Shown here in pieces: positions 34,670 through 48,175 of a stretch of 64,000 nt of DNA; position 1 is the first letter of the stretch; every line of letters begins with the position of its first letter. Both the position numbers and the translations under genes were made by a program. This stretch comes from Perkinsus chesapeaki ATCC PRA-425 (taxonomy: Eukaryota > Protista > Perkinsozoa): contig JAAPAO010000078.1 in NCBI GenBank assembly GCA_013115145.1, positions 1 to 64,000 of the forward strand. Direction: 5' to 3'. The notes below the pieces were generated by a model. It was not told the origin of the DNA. It did no database searches and was given only the letters and a program-made list of their open reading frames with translations.

Positions 34670-36969
34670 AGGCTTGTCCGCTAGAGTCCTTAACCGCCTT
34701 CTAGTAGAAGGCTTTTAGTATATCAGTCGCGTAACTGAGTACACATTGTCAGAGTGTAATTTCAGTGGGACTCACCGGTGCTCCACCATTGGTGCAAGTT
34801 CTCAACTGAGGAGAATACGTGGCTGAGATGTATTCTTGTGTAAATCCACCGGCTTTTTGATTCCGTGTACATTAGTCACCTCAGTAACATCCAATCCACT
34901 TCAGGGTGCCTACTTTAGTGGGTGCTCCCAAGTTGCTAATGCTGCTGCGGTATTATAGACTTGCGTTAATTCGCAGTGAGCCAGCAACAATCAGTAACTT
35001 TGCCAACCCAAACTAGCCAGCGCTCGAAGTTATACCGACTACACGTCTTGGCGATGAAGAAATATTTTCAATCCCAGCACAATAATTGTGCCACAATTTT
35101 CCTTGAACTCTTTCTGGGGAGTTTCTCAAATACCCTGTCACCTTATCCTAGCACTTGAAGCATCGATACCCTGCGGAGCGATGTAATCGAGAAGCCGTTC
35201 TTCGCGAACTTGCTCTAACTAGTGCCATGTCCGGGACATTGTTATGATTGTAGGCCCTTTGGATGCAGCCGATACGTTCTAAGTTTGTGTTGTTTTATGT
35301 CCCATTATGTCTGTGTAAACTTTTCCACTTAACCTTGTTCCGTTTATGAAGCTAGTGGATCGAGTGTAAACATATACGAATTACGTCAAGTTTTTATTTA
35401 TTTCAATATGATCAATCTTTTGAGTTCCAGCGCAAACGGTACGGATCACAACATATAACGTTGCTTATTCTGGGTAAGGAGTCGCGGAGCGTATAGGGTC
35501 TATTCCAGTACAAACTTGTTAATCTTAGTTAATATTGTTGATACTGTTAATTGTTGCTAACCCAATAGTCGCGGATGGGGATTTCCCGGGCGGCCTCAAC
35601 CGGGAGCCAGCGATGCCTTTGTGGAGGCATAGAAGGATCCCTTCTCTTGTGAAACTTCCACGGCGAAAGTTGTCAAAAGATGAAGTTATGTTTGCAACTC
35701 TCCACAATATGTCATCAATCTGCTGTTGCAGTGACGAGATGAGCGCTAGTGGCTCCTCGCTAACCCTGGTCCAGGATTCCTGGAGGCGATTAAAGTGAAA
35801 TGGGCTTCCAAGTTCCGAGTCCGAGTGGTCGGACCCGAGGCACTTTAATTCGTACTTTTAACCCGAGCTCGGAAAACGACCTTTTCCGAGTACTTGGACT
35901 CGGAAAACCGAGCACTTTGATTGCCTCCTGGATGTTACATCCACAATGCCAATGCCATTGCAGGCTGGGCTGCTCTGTTACCCGTTTTGTAGCTGGATCA
36001 CGTCAACTCGCGTCAAGGAATTCTAATGATTGTGGATTGACCAAAGAAAAACTAGCCTCCACCATAAGAAAGCGTGACAATCAGACTAAGTGTGGAAAAC
36101 TCCACTACTTCAAACAAAGGAGAACCCCACCGACGGTCGATGATCGACCAGTCTGTTCAGTACAGCACAGCGACTACAGCGCAGGCTCGAGATCCCAATC
36201 ATACTTCCTGGCAGGAGGTTCCTGCCAGACCACCCTGATACAAACGTGACCGTGAAGCGCGGCGCAGTATACGAAACTACATGGAGCCTACATGTATCCC
36301 GTCGGGATAGGTTGGGGATAATCCCGAACCTAGCTAAGAGAAAGGCATCATCATAGTAAACTCTAGGGCGTTGACATAAAAAGGAAGAATGGTAACAGAT
36401 AAGCCACAATGCGTGTGGCGAGCCAGCGGCGTTGTGAGTCACATCCTAAAGGTGGAGTAACTTTTCTGAACAATGCAATGTCCCCTCTTTTACCCTACTT
36501 TCTCGTGCAAGATGATGCCTCCTCGCTACCTTTGGAGGCTTGAAACTGCTACAGTAGCAACTCGCCATGCCGTCTCCGTGTTTTTGTGGTCTTCTGGAGT
36601 GTGGCAGTCACGCGGTTCACTCCTCGCGGTGAGATTTGCAGCGGGCCGCCGCCGTCGCCGCCGGCGGCGGCTGATGCACTTCGCGGCGCCGCACCACCGA
36701 GCCCGCGCGTACTTTTGGTTCCGCGTTCGCATTCAGAATATCACTCTGCAACTACTGCCAGAGTCTGCAGTCTACTATTGCTCATTCCTCGTTCATATGG
36801 ATGAACACAAGACGATAAGGGAGCCAATAAAGGCTTCTTACTCACCTCACACCCGCAAGGGGAATGGGCTACGTGACGTATATACAAGGGAGCGGGCGTC
36901 GCACAATGAATAATAAAGTAGCAGTTCCTACTAATCTCCTCCTTTGCAGTTGTTGGAAGAACTGTCCCA

Positions 36970-37368
36970 ATGGTCTGCCTTCTCAACTTCATTTGCTTTC
37001 TACTTGTCGTTACGCTCTATGGAGATACATCGAATAATGTTACGGCTCCATGGCAGCCTGAGGGTTGGTATTGCAAGAAATTCCTCGTGGTGTACAAAGT
37101 TAACATAACTTTCCGGGACGATACTTTTGATATAAAAGCATCTTATCTGTTGAGGAAAGGCTCTGCTACCAACCTTCCTTATACTATGCCACGTCCGAAG
37201 CTGATGGAGATGCCAATCGACAACGAAGTCTTCATCAATCTTTTCGCGGCTGTAGATCCACCGTTCCCGATCGATGAGGTAAAATACCTTGATTATGATC
37301 ATGAGAAGGAGGTATTGACAGCTTATACGAGAAAGGGTCAAGCGATTTTGACGCACGGGAAGTGCTAA
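36970..37368 (+). CDS. Small secreted protein, tandem family copy 2 (intronless)
   Basis: PEGWYCKK...TFDIKASYLLRKGSATNLPYTMPRP...GKC*. Confidence 0.87.
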   Translation: MVCLLNFICFLLVVTLYGDTSNNVTAPWQPEGWYCKKFLVVYKVNITFRDDTFDIKASYLLRKGSATNLPYTMPRPKLMEMPIDNEVFINLFAAVDPPFPIDEVKYLDYDHEKEVLTAYTRKGQAILTHGKC

Positions 37369-38963
37369 AACACTTAGTGAGGGTCCCTTACCGTTAACTA
37401 TGAGTGCCGCTTTCTATGAGGTTACTGGGATGCATTGGTATTCAGTTGCCTAGATTTAGGTGGTAGTATATACATTTCCTACTGCCCGTAGTGTACTCAT
37501 TTCATTGCGATGGCACTTTGGATTCATTAGTACTACCCTGAAGCTCATATCAGTTCAGCTCTTTCTAAGAGCTTTTCATTTGCCTATGCAGTAACGACTT
37601 GTGTTGCATTCAACGTTTGCTATTGATGTGTGTGAGCTCATAGTCCAGCGCCGAAATGTCATAGTTACATCAACTAGTCCTTATGATACATTTCATGCGA
37701 CTTCCAACAGGGTCCGATGCCTAGCCACGGAATTACGCAACAGAGAGCATGTGTACAACTACCTAAACACAGTAGCTCCAATCACTAGAGTCTACTGGTG
37801 CGACAGCACAAGCTTTATTTCTAGGCCACCAAGTATTCAGTCTTAGCATGCAGGAACACTCTTTTAGGGTCCCCAATATGAACCCAGTCACATCAACTCG
37901 AACAAATTGTTATTTCCGTTCCGTTCTCATCTAGAGAAGGAGGCCAGAACGTAACCGATGATTTGGTCGCTTACAAATGAGCAGTAGATGTGAGCTATCA
38001 TCCTCCACTCCACGGTAGTTCCATGAGCCGCAGCATCTATGCCACGGTGGTACTATACCGCCGAGTGTACCACCGGGCATTCAGCAGGCGAGAGAGTCTC
38101 GATAATACTGTGAGAACGCACCGGTTCTCCACTCTACACAACGCGCTGTAAGAATTCCCTCGGCCTCGTGTTCCGAAGGGGTTCTAAAGAACAGAGTTAG
38201 GATCACATTCACGGCTTATATAAAGTGCAGCGATAATAACACTGTACAAAAATTGTACTACTGTTAATTTAACAGTGTTAAATAGCATCGTGGTACTACA
38301 GACTGAGATATTATGTGTATGTCTTCTGTCTACGAGAACGCATGAGCAATATCAATCTGAGTCTCTGATCAGCAATTACCCTCCCAAATCGATTTTACGG
38401 GCTGGATATCAGAAAAGAATCATGCAGCGAGGGCAAACTGAGGTTTACGACAACAAAGCTATAAGAAATTGAATAGCATATCTGATTAAAAATGCCACCT
38501 CTGAATGGAAATGAACTATCAGAGTCACCATAGTCTGTCATTGCTAGTTTCACACGCAAATGTTTGAGTTAGATCACATCACATAATCCACCAAATGAAG
38601 CATTATGCACTCAGAGCGCAGCACTCTACGCTTACATAGAGTACTGGTCCTCTTTCGGGCATTTTCCCACCCAATGTCCTGACAACATTGTTGTCCGCCG
38701 CATAACCGGCGACTTAAGTTCAATACACAAAACGCCCGCTATTATCACGTCTGACAGATTGACTCAATCCCCGTGACACACACATGATACATTCTGTGAC
38801 AGAATTACTGTCCCCATCTTGCCTTTACCCTGTTCCACAAAGCTAACCATATTTATAGTGAACTGTAAAAATTATCTATTAAAGGGGCCCCTTCGAATAT
38901 CTTTTATCCTTGTGTTGTTCGTAATACTGCACGCCCGCAGCTTATCCCAAATTGAGAATCCCA

Positions 38964-39353
38964 ATGGGCTCTACGAATGTCAACTGCGCTCGCTGGTTGT
39001 TGGTTTGGATATATGCCGAGTGTGAGTGTTTAGCCATTACCACGGTTCCACATGGTATGTACTGTAAGACGGTTAGGCCAGTGTATAGTGTTAACCTTAC
39101 TTTCCACGGCAGCAGCTTTGATATAGAAGCGAGCTACTGGGAGCACAGAGGGTCGGCTACAGGTATGCCTTATACCATGCCTAGGCCGGAAGTCGTGAAG
39201 ATCCCCATCGGGAATGAGGACCTTCAAAAGCTGTATTATGCCTTAGACCCGCCAATAGTACCATTTCAACTAGAGTATGCGGAGTACATAAAGGATAGAT
39301 TGAAGTTCTATACCAGCGCAGGTAACCCCGTTTTGACGAAGTACAATTGCTGA
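38964..39353 (+). CDS. Small secreted protein, tandem family copy 3 (intronless)
   Basis: PHGMYCKT...SFDIEASYWEHRGSATGMPYTMPRP...YNC*; first in-frame ATG at 38964. Confidence 0.83.
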   Translation: MGSTNVNCARWLLVWIYAECECLAITTVPHGMYCKTVRPVYSVNLTFHGSSFDIEASYWEHRGSATGMPYTMPRPEVVKIPIGNEDLQKLYYALDPPIVPFQLEYAEYIKDRLKFYTSAGNPVLTKYNC

Positions 39354-40928
39354 GGCTTGTGATGAAGATGCACTTTTATTCATCTTGTCTTAAATGTACT
39401 TAATTTATTGATGCCCTCGCTGGGAAAGCTTTGCAATTAACCTTGTTAGCAAAGCGCAATGATTTGCTACTAGCAAAGGTTCATACTCGCGAGTATAACC
39501 TTAGTAATTGTTACACCAAAGGTGTTTTGCGTTCCGCGCAGTGTATTATCTCGCGCCAACTCTTCCAGTTGAACTAACTCAACACGCTTGCTTCATATGT
39601 CTCAACAGTCACCAGCATTCAGTGACGGCTACCCACCAACCATCATTAATGGAAGACTCATTATGAGACTAGGGGTATTGCTGTCGCACCACGAAGAAGG
39701 TGTGTAAGGGCACGGGTTCCATCGAGAATCTTAGTTTGAGAAGGCGAGGAAAATTGGATAGTATCCAAGTAATCGTTGATCACTCGGATACTAGCTAATT
39801 GCTAGTAGCAATTACTAATCGATTACTAATCGAGTTCTTCACAATATATGTGACTGATCCATCCTACATAGTGTAAGGCTACATTAGCCTCCATGACGGA
39901 GGATTCAGTTGGGTACTCAAATGTTGGTACATTGTGCGCTAGATGACATGTCTTCCTCCCTCGCCAGTTAGTGGGGACTGCATACTATAAGCGAGATCTA
40001 CATACAATGTACATTGCAAATAGGTTGTCCGCAATTATGGCGCGCCACTGGGATTTACTCACCAGTCTTTTTGGAACCACTAGCAGTCATGATACATGTG
40101 CTGCCATGCTTGCTGCCCGTGGTAAAGCGTCCTCAATCACGGAAGGTCTGCCCACCGAGAAGTCGGCCCTGCAGCACTGGGCGGTTACGGGTCGAGGTGG
40201 TAGACAGCCGACTCGCCACGAGAAACTCTCTCTTGTCGCTTAACATGAGTGTTGTGAAAGTAAGTTTCAATTTAGGGCAGGGATTTCACGTGGAATACGC
40301 CCAGAATCTGTATGTCTCATAGAGCAGACTCTGCTCAGCAAAGAGTTATTCAGGAGAGGGCGCTTAAGGAGCTTCACTATGCTGGTGTCCCATCGTACCA
40401 TTCTTGCACCGCGTTCTCAGAGAGAACCATGAATGAAAAATATACTATATGGAGAGTGAGCATTTGTGTGGGTTTATAGTCCAACGCCGAAAAGGCCATG
40501 ATCGGACTATTCATTCTATGGTTGAGTCGGGTACGAGTACAAGAAGATAGATGTAGATGTGTATGCGGCTTGACACAACAGACCGTCCCCAATGGAGACT
40601 CTCCATAGTTCCATTCGCACGTGTATACAAAAGTTGAAAGCTTTAAAATAAAATCTTGAATATAATATTAAATTTATATAATTTTAAGCTATATATGCTC
40701 AGAAATGAAGCTTAGCAGGAATAAAGGGATCTCGTCACACGGTGTGAGTCAAACCTTCAGGATCGATTTGCTTATAGTGTCGCGTACCAGCAATTCTCGA
40801 GTCGATCGAGTGTTTGCCGTCGTCGACCAGCGGGCCCCGGTGACCGGGGAAAAGCAGTGTTTTTTCAGCTCTCAACTCGAGAATCTCAATTCGACAGTTG
40901 TCGGTTAACCTTGTCGGAACTCACTCCA

Positions 40929-41327
40929 ATGCTGTTCGTTGTCAACTCAATTGGCTTCCTGCTCATCGCTATGTTCTGTGGGAGCTGTTCGGAATGCGTT
41001 ACATCTCCATGGAAACCAACGGGGTCGTATTGCAAGAAGGTGCTCTTGGTGTACAAAGTCAACGTAACTTTCGGTGACAAGACCTTTGATATTAAAGCGT
41101 CTTATCTGTTGAGGAAAGGCTCTGCTACCAACCTTCCTTATACTATGCCAAGTCCGAAGCTGGTGGAGATGCCAATCGACAACGAAGTCTTCATTAATCT
41201 TTTCAGGACCCTAAATCCACCCTTTCCGATAGATGATTTGAATTATCTTGAGTATGATCATGAGAGGGAATTTTTAGCAGTCTATACGGGCAAGGGTGCC
41301 ATCAACTTGACGCGTGCGGATTGCTAA
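40929..41327 (+). CDS. Small secreted protein, tandem family copy 4 (intronless)
   Basis: PTGSYCKK...TFDIKASYLLRKGSATNLPYTMPSP...ADC*; the 3' flank is homologous to that of copy 2. Confidence 0.87.
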   Translation: MLFVVNSIGFLLIAMFCGSCSECVTSPWKPTGSYCKKVLLVYKVNVTFGDKTFDIKASYLLRKGSATNLPYTMPSPKLVEMPIDNEVFINLFRTLNPPFPIDDLNYLEYDHEREFLAVYTGKGAINLTRADC

Positions 41328-42243
41328 AATGCTTACCGTCAACTGTAAGCGTCACTCTCGGCATTGGTATTCAGTTGGAAACTAATAGTTGCCTTCATTT
41401 AGTTGGTCGTAGATACATTCCGTACTGCCTGTATTGTATTGCAGTGCACTCATTTCATTTCGGTTATTGGTCTCAATTCTACTTAGAAGTATCTATTCAG
41501 CTATTAGCATTTGATCTAGTATTCAAGTGTTGGAGTTCAAATGTGATTGATTAAATCTTAAATGCCAGTTGATTAACGGTTAAGCCGGTATAAAAGCTCC
41601 GGCTGTAATAGTCAAACTCCAGTGTTGGGCTCAACGCTTTTACATTTCGAGTACCCTTTGATGAAGGCATCAAACCAATACAACAAGGCTTCAAGTTCTT
41701 ATCTCCGTGGTTACTTATAAGTTATAAAAACGAGTGCCGGTCTTGCTGTGGATGGGAATGACAGAATTGTTTCCATGAGGAACTCTTGACTGGAGCCCGG
41801 CTGGCTCCAGTCACCAGTCTTGATAGCCGTAACTCCGCCAGCCTCGTTCATCGAACGAGAAACCGAGGACGGAGGAATCAATCTAGGGCCCATCGGTGCA
41901 GCTGACGGGATTGCGTGACTCTAGGTGCACATAGGACCCGGGTAAGGGTAACCAATACCATTCGTTGGAATCGGCCAGTTGTTATTAACACTCAATATGC
42001 TATTCACACGAGACAGTAGAGACAGTAAAGTGTATCATACATATACAAGCATCGTCTATTGTACATCATAACCCTCAGCAGCACTGAGGATTCCTCTCAT
42101 TGCTGCCGTAGCTGTTCCTGACAAAAGTTAGGATCATACGGTACCAAGGTCATTGAATCGATTCCTACTACGTTATATACTACCTTTGCGCCGTAATATG
42201 CGTCTTCGGATACATTTGCCTATCACCACCACGCGGAGGTTTA

Positions 42244-43951
42244 TTGATCAATGGCTTGAAACTGCATTCGGCCATCTCTAGAGCCTCCTGCTCTGCCTCC
42301 CGTAGCCTCCGTGCCTGCCTCAACTTTTCATCCCATCTTCATTGGACCCCTTACTTCATCGCGTCGTTCTCTCTCTTTTGCCACTCGTCTCATGTAATCG
42401 CTTCCAGAATCAATCTCCAACCTCAGCCGCGATGGCACCTGTACCGTTGCTGCTCACTATGTAAGCAGCAGTCTTCACTTCGCTAAACAGTCGTCCCGCC
42501 TCCGAGGCCTTGGCCGGTGTTGATGCCATCATATTGGCTTCCTTCTCCGCCTTTCTCTTTTTCAAGTCAATTGACAGTCGCTCGATATTCTCCTCCTTCT
42601 TCCGAAGATCACCATATGATCGCTCGAATATCTGAGACTCTATCTGAGGCTTGGCCTATTGATGCCTATTCCGGTACCGTTCTTGAAGGAGCACTCTTGG
42701 CCTTGGCTGTTACCGTTGGTGTCTGATCACGTTCGAGTTCGAACTCATAAAGAGTTGGATATCTTTACAAACGGTTGACTCCTGTTTATCTCCCTCATCA
42801 TCGCCTCTCTTGAAAGAGATCGTTTGTGTGCCATTTTTCGGGCGACTTTTGATCTTGACACTCGACGAGAGCGGCTGGGCGCAGAACGCTCAGTGGTGGG
42901 AGCTTCGGCATATACCCCAAGCCTCACTCGCATATCCTAGGTTCATGCGTGCACTCTGCTCGTGCCTTCCTCTCGGCATTTGCCAGATGTTCTTTCCTTC
43001 GTGTCTCCCGCTCTTCTTGGCGCTGTAGGAAATTGTGCCTAGATTGACTCCGGAATTTCATCAAAGGTCTCCGCTACATTATTTTCTGTATTTGCTCTTC
43101 AGAAAGGCCTCCCACGCGCTGTTCGATAGACTTCTTTTTTTCTTCTAATCTTTTCCCACCATGCGACGCCAGTCGATGAAATACCTGTCCCACGGTTGGT
43201 GGAGGTGGCAAGGGCATCAGCTACCCACATTGTTGTTAGTGTACTGGCGGGCATGTCTCATGCTGTGCCTTACGGGATTGGTCGATGGCTTGAATGTATT
43301 CTTAGTGGCATCCTCTGCCGCAAGAAGTAGTGCCGAGGAGCCTGTCAACTGGTACGTGAAGACTCCCAATTTAGGATCTGTCTTCACTCCGGCGGTCCTC
43401 AAAGATTCTACTGCTGCCCTTCCTCTTTCTCTGAGATTTCCCTATATCCGGCTCGAAGGTACCTTGTATGCCAGGTATTGCCAAAGTTGCAAGACTAGCT
43501 TACATGCTGCAATTTCTTGCTCTTCTTTAGCTTCCTCCCTCTCTCTTTCACGTGCCTTTCGACGTTGTTCCCATTCCTTAGTCTGACGAGGACCACAAGC
43601 TATCAATCGGAAAGGTAGTTGGGCGAGACCCTTCCCAAAGTTCGTATCAAATTCATAACACATTGAAGCAAGAAACCAACCCGGATTCATCGGCTTGGTA
43701 GTTTTTCACTGTTTGGTTATTATCCGCCCCGTACAGCGGAGACCATCCCTCACCTGCTGCGGTCCTATTCTTGTCTTTATCTCACTATGATGAGTGGTGC
43801 GCGGTTTGAAATGACAATCTTGCATTGACCTGTCTTCCTTCTCTCTTCGTCTTTCCTCTATCTTTTGCCTTCTTTTCATCGCCCATGCCTCATGACGGTC
43901 GTAGAGCGACGAGAAGGAACGCGATGATGATGAGGTATTCATGGCATTCAC
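42244..43951 (-). CDS. Multi-exon charged coiled-coil protein (approximate)
   Basis: YDRHEAWAMKRRQKIEERRREKEDRSMQDCHFKP and EWEQRRKAREREREEAKEEQE exons. Confidence 0.5.
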
Positions 43952-44171
43952 GCTTCTGCTAGAGTTTCGCCGGAGTCTCTGTTGGGAATGAAGGAGAGCT
44001 GGTGTCGATGCCTTCGGCTCTGAGGGGGTATCAAGGATACCGACACGTAGACGTTCTACTCGCTCTGGGCAATAGCTCTGGGGCCACTAGATCAAACAAA
44101 CCGAAAATTAAACTTCATTATTCCCGATCGAACTCGTTGGGGGATCGGGAACGTGGGGAACGTTAGACTAA

Positions 44172-45075
44172 TTAATTCACGTTCCCTGTGTATGATAACT
44201 TATCGTTGATACGATTTTCATCGTCACATGCCGTCGTGCCTTCTGAGTTGATGGTTTCCTCACCAGTCTGCCACCGTGTGCCCATGTCTCGTTCACTGTG
44301 GTCGACGGCATCTCCAATGTAGGAAGACGTGAAGCTCTCAGAGTAGAGTGAAGATGGTGTGATGCTTGGTGATGAAAGCAAATCAGTGCTGGAGAAGTAG
44401 CTAACGCTCGTTAAGGCTCCCAAATCAGCTGCGGTGACTCTATGTTCATAAGCCTCGGAACTGATGGTCTGCATCTTCGACCGGGGGTTGGCTATCGTAC
44501 ATTACTTCCTAAGAGTATCGTTTGGCATGCCTCTATAGCGTGCTGCGTATTGCCCCGCTGCCACAGTGGTTGCCCCACTTGATGAGCTTGTCTTAGCTGT
44601 CAATGGTGCCGATAGCGGACGGTACGATGTATGGTACACCCGACTGAAGAGGAGCAGCCACTACCAGCCGTGCACGTGAACTATGCAAATCGCTGACGCT
44701 CTCCACTGAAACTTTTTGTCGCAAATTTTTTAACCCTCACAGTGTGCACGATGAACTGGGGACAAGCTATACAGGGAGCCCAATGTTTTTAAATGACACG
44801 AGAGCTCACCTTGGATCACCCGTAGGTGGTGGCCTCAAATAGGACCAGTCTGGCCTATAGACGCCGTCACTAGGCTCGTGGCTAAATAGATGGTGACTTC
44901 TTTCGTATGCTGCAGTTGCTAATCTATTTGCTGTATCGAGTGACTCAAGCAATATGTCATCTAACAATAACCACGCCTGTCCCTTTGACCAATCCGAAAG
45001 CAACCAGTCAGCAGCGATCATTTTAGACTCTTCGTTTAACCGCGCCAGTTTGCTGTAGCTTTGCTCTGAGCCCAA
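44172..45075 (-). CDS. Hypothetical multi-exon protein (approximate)
   Basis: ORF fragments LLLDDILLESLDTANRLATAAYER and a Ser/Thr-rich terminal exon. Confidence 0.35.
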
Positions 45076-45399
45076 CGCTAGCAGCTTAACTGTGCAATTA
45101 CTTCTAGAACTAATTAAGGCACAGTTAAGTAGTTACTTGTCAGATTTCTTTACAGTGCGAATGGATTCATCTAATGTGCAGGCTCTTGAACGCCTGTGGT
45201 TTGGTGATTCACCAATGTGGAAAGCCGGTATTTTATCTTAATACAAAATACATCGAAAACCCGTTGCTTGCTGATAACGCAAGTGAATTTCGCATCTTTA
45301 TTGACCCTGTCAAAGATACCAAATAGGTTCATCATCACCTGTATCTCGTGTCATAACATGCCCATAGACGACCCCATCTCGCTGTTCCTACACTCCAAC

Positions 45400-46400
45400 A
45401 GTCCATGAAGAAGCCTCTAGTGCTCTCCTTACCAGAAGTCTCTCTGCTGCTTCTGGTGTTAGTAGTTTGGGAACTATAGGAGATGCTTCATTAAAACTCA
45501 TCGCCGTATGGGCGCCTATACAGCTGATGCACTGCAACGCAACCAAAGCGTCGATGAGATGTAATGTACGATATCAATTTTGCGGAGCATTGTCGAGCTC
45601 CGAGAGATGCTTAGCGTACTTGTTATATAATTCTGGATGCTCCTTTTCCAGCTACATGCCCACAGTTGTGTCGGTAAGAGGTTGGATGTATCTTACTTTA
45701 GGGTAGAGGTCGCTCCATGGGTCGATGACCATGTCATCTTGAATGAATCGTTCAATCGGTAATTCTCGCAAGGATTCGGCGTCATTATTCCATCGGTGAC
45801 CTTTGCCTTTACCTGATTATGATACCACTCTTCGCTGAAATCGCGCGTCAGATTACCCTTCCTGCCGCCTTTATTGTAGCTGCGATACGCTGGTTGTGTC
45901 CAATCACCGTACCAAGACCCTTTACCTCCGTTCAACCTATTAAGGATCTTACCAGGTTGAAGCTGAGATACTACCTCTGAGCAGGCTGATAACCTCCACC
46001 GTACTGTTGTTGCTGTTGCCAATAGCCGGCTCCTTTACCATACATCACAACAACTACCTTCCACCTAGTAAAGATTCCTTCGAGGTTGATTCGCGTACCA
46101 TCCTCACATGGCGCTTCCTCCCATTCAACCCAAAGTAACATTGTACCCCCAAAAAGAATTTTCGAGATCTTATTATTTTTTGACAAATTGCTGTGCAAAG
46201 TAGCGCTCGCCCACTTAATCGTTGAGCGCACTGTCGCCGCCTCCGCCTCTTCTGCATTCACCAACTAAGAGACTAGTTCCCAACCTTCTTTGTATCTTTC
46301 AGCGATGAGCTTGAGATCCTTGCAACTCTAAGCTTCGAGTCACCGTCTTTTAGCCTCTCCTATAGGAAGGTCCTTGAATGTACCCTAGGGACGGGAATGG
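45400..46400 (-). CDS. Hypothetical multi-exon protein with G/Y/Q-rich region (approximate)
   Basis: YGKGAGYWQQQQQYGGGYQ, GGKGSWYGDWTQPAYRSYNKGGRKG exons. Confidence 0.35.
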
Positions 46401-46458
46401 TTTCGGCAGGGTTGTTGTGGAGTACTGTTGGTAGTAGCCCTGAACGTTTCATTATCCA

Positions 46459-48175
46459 ATGCCAGAAGTAGAATCAAAAAAGAGATCTTTAGATTCCGAC
46501 AAGGTTAAGTCGAGCACACCCGAAGTTATCTTTGGTGATTCCAAAATCGAAGTTGCCGGTAAAATATCTATCTCACATTAATGCACAGTCCCCATCAGGT
46601 TTATCGGACCCCACAGAGGTCCCTCTTGCCCGGACGTTCGACGAGTCTGGTCTGAGAAAGTCTCTTAAGGAGTATCTTAGCTCCAAGTTTTCCACTCCTT
46701 CCGCCATCCAAGCTGCCTGCTGGCCCCTCTTGCTTTCTGGTCTCGATGTCGTCGGTGTCGCTGAGACCGGCAGCGGCAAGACCCTCGGTTTCGCATTGCC
46801 TTTCATGTCGAAGGCTATGAATAAAGGAAATGACGGTATGATGATGGTGTTATCTCCCACTAGAGAGCTGGCGAGGCAAATCCACGAGGTTATCGTTGAC
46901 GTTGACAAGAAGAAGCAAAAGTTGCCTTCAATTTGCCTGTACGGCGGCACTCCTAAGTGGGAGCAGCAGAAACAGTTGAAGGCTGATAAGCCTCGAATAG
47001 TGATTGGCACCCCCGGAAGGGTCTTAGATCTCCTCCAGGACGGCTCATTGGACTTCTCTAAGGTTAACTATGCAGTTTTGGACGAAGCTGATCGAATGCT
47101 CGACATGGGGTTCCTACCGAGTGTCACGCAGATCTTCGGATATCTTCCATCGGCTGATAAGAGACAATCTCTTATGTTCTCAGCTACGTGGAATAAGGAG
47201 GTAATAAGGTAATTTCGTGGCGAGTGAGGATTGGTCACAGGTACGAAGATTATCTAGAAAGTTGATGAAGCGTGAGCGCATTACTGTTACTGTTATGGGC
47301 AGCAATGAGACCAAAAGCAACCAGGATGAGTTGACCGCCAATACTCGTATCACCCAGATGATCGATGTGGTCCACGATAGGAAGCCTAAGATGGACCGTC
47401 TATGGCATCATCTTGGTAACCTATGCCCTAATAAGGGAGTGTGGAAGGTAATATAAAGGGGATCGGAAGAGGAGGACTCAGCAATCGCCGGGATGTTGGA
47501 AATCTGTCACAAAGTCTATTTTTATACGAAGAGTGTTGGCTATCAGGTTATTGTGTTCGCACTGTATAAGAAGGAGGCAGCCCATCTCGAGCGATGCCTC
47601 AGGGACTACTATGATGTAGTGGGTCTTCATGGCGACATGACACAGTCCGCTCGGGAGGCCTCTATTAAGCGGTTTACCGAGGGGCAAAATCTTATATTAG
47701 TAGCTACTGATGTAGCAGCTAGAGGCTTGGATGTTAAGGACGTCACTGGTGTTATTAACTACACTTTCCCTTTGGTTATTGAAGATTACGTTCATAGGTG
47801 AGAGAGCGACGCAGGTTCGAATCCCAGGGAGGGCATTTTTCAGGATTGGCCGTACTGGACGTGCAGGGCGGACGGGCAAGGCTGTTACCATCTTGAATGC
47901 TGATGAGGAGAAGCAGTTCGCCTTCGATCTTAAGGGACTTCTTGAGCGATGTGGCCAGGAGGTAACTTCGGTAGCGGTTGATGGGGAGTACTTGGTATGG
48001 CCAGGTACCTGAGGCTTTGAGTAAGTTGGCAAACCAGACGGGTGGGTTCAAGGCGAGCAAGAAGAAGGTTCATCCCATTTATGGGGCATTCTTCAAGGAT
48101 GAAGAGGAGATGGCAAAGTTAGAGGCGAAGAAGACTCATATTACCTTCTCGGATGATGATGAAGATGACGACTAG
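46459..48175 (+). CDS. DBP3: DEAD-box RNA helicase, Dbp3-like (multi-exon)
   Basis: AETGSGKT, PTRELA, TPGR, DEAD, SAT, LHGDM, ATDVAARGLD, HRIGRTGRAG (after splicing); Dbp3-type tail YGAFFKD...HITFSD. Confidence 0.85.
47798..47843 (+). other. 46-nt intron made of a tRNA 3' fragment plus oligo-T (sense)
   Basis: GTGAGAGAGCGACGCAG-GTTCGAAT-CCCAGGGAGGGCA-TTTTT-CAG; splits helicase motif VI (HR|IGRTGRAG). Confidence 0.9.

Noticed and set aside
35535-36913. ORFs in the spacers of the secreted-protein array
   Set aside because: No family motifs and no consistent coding pattern; 35535 has only a short hydrophobic start.
32000-41500. Relict spliced-leader sequences marking the intronless genes as retrocopies
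   Set aside because: I found no CCGTAGCCAT(T/C)TTGGCTCAAG-like motif upstream of any ATG by eye.
42725-42770. B-box-like GAGTTCGAACTC in an intron
   Set aside because: A simple palindrome lacking C61 and the acceptor-strand spacing.
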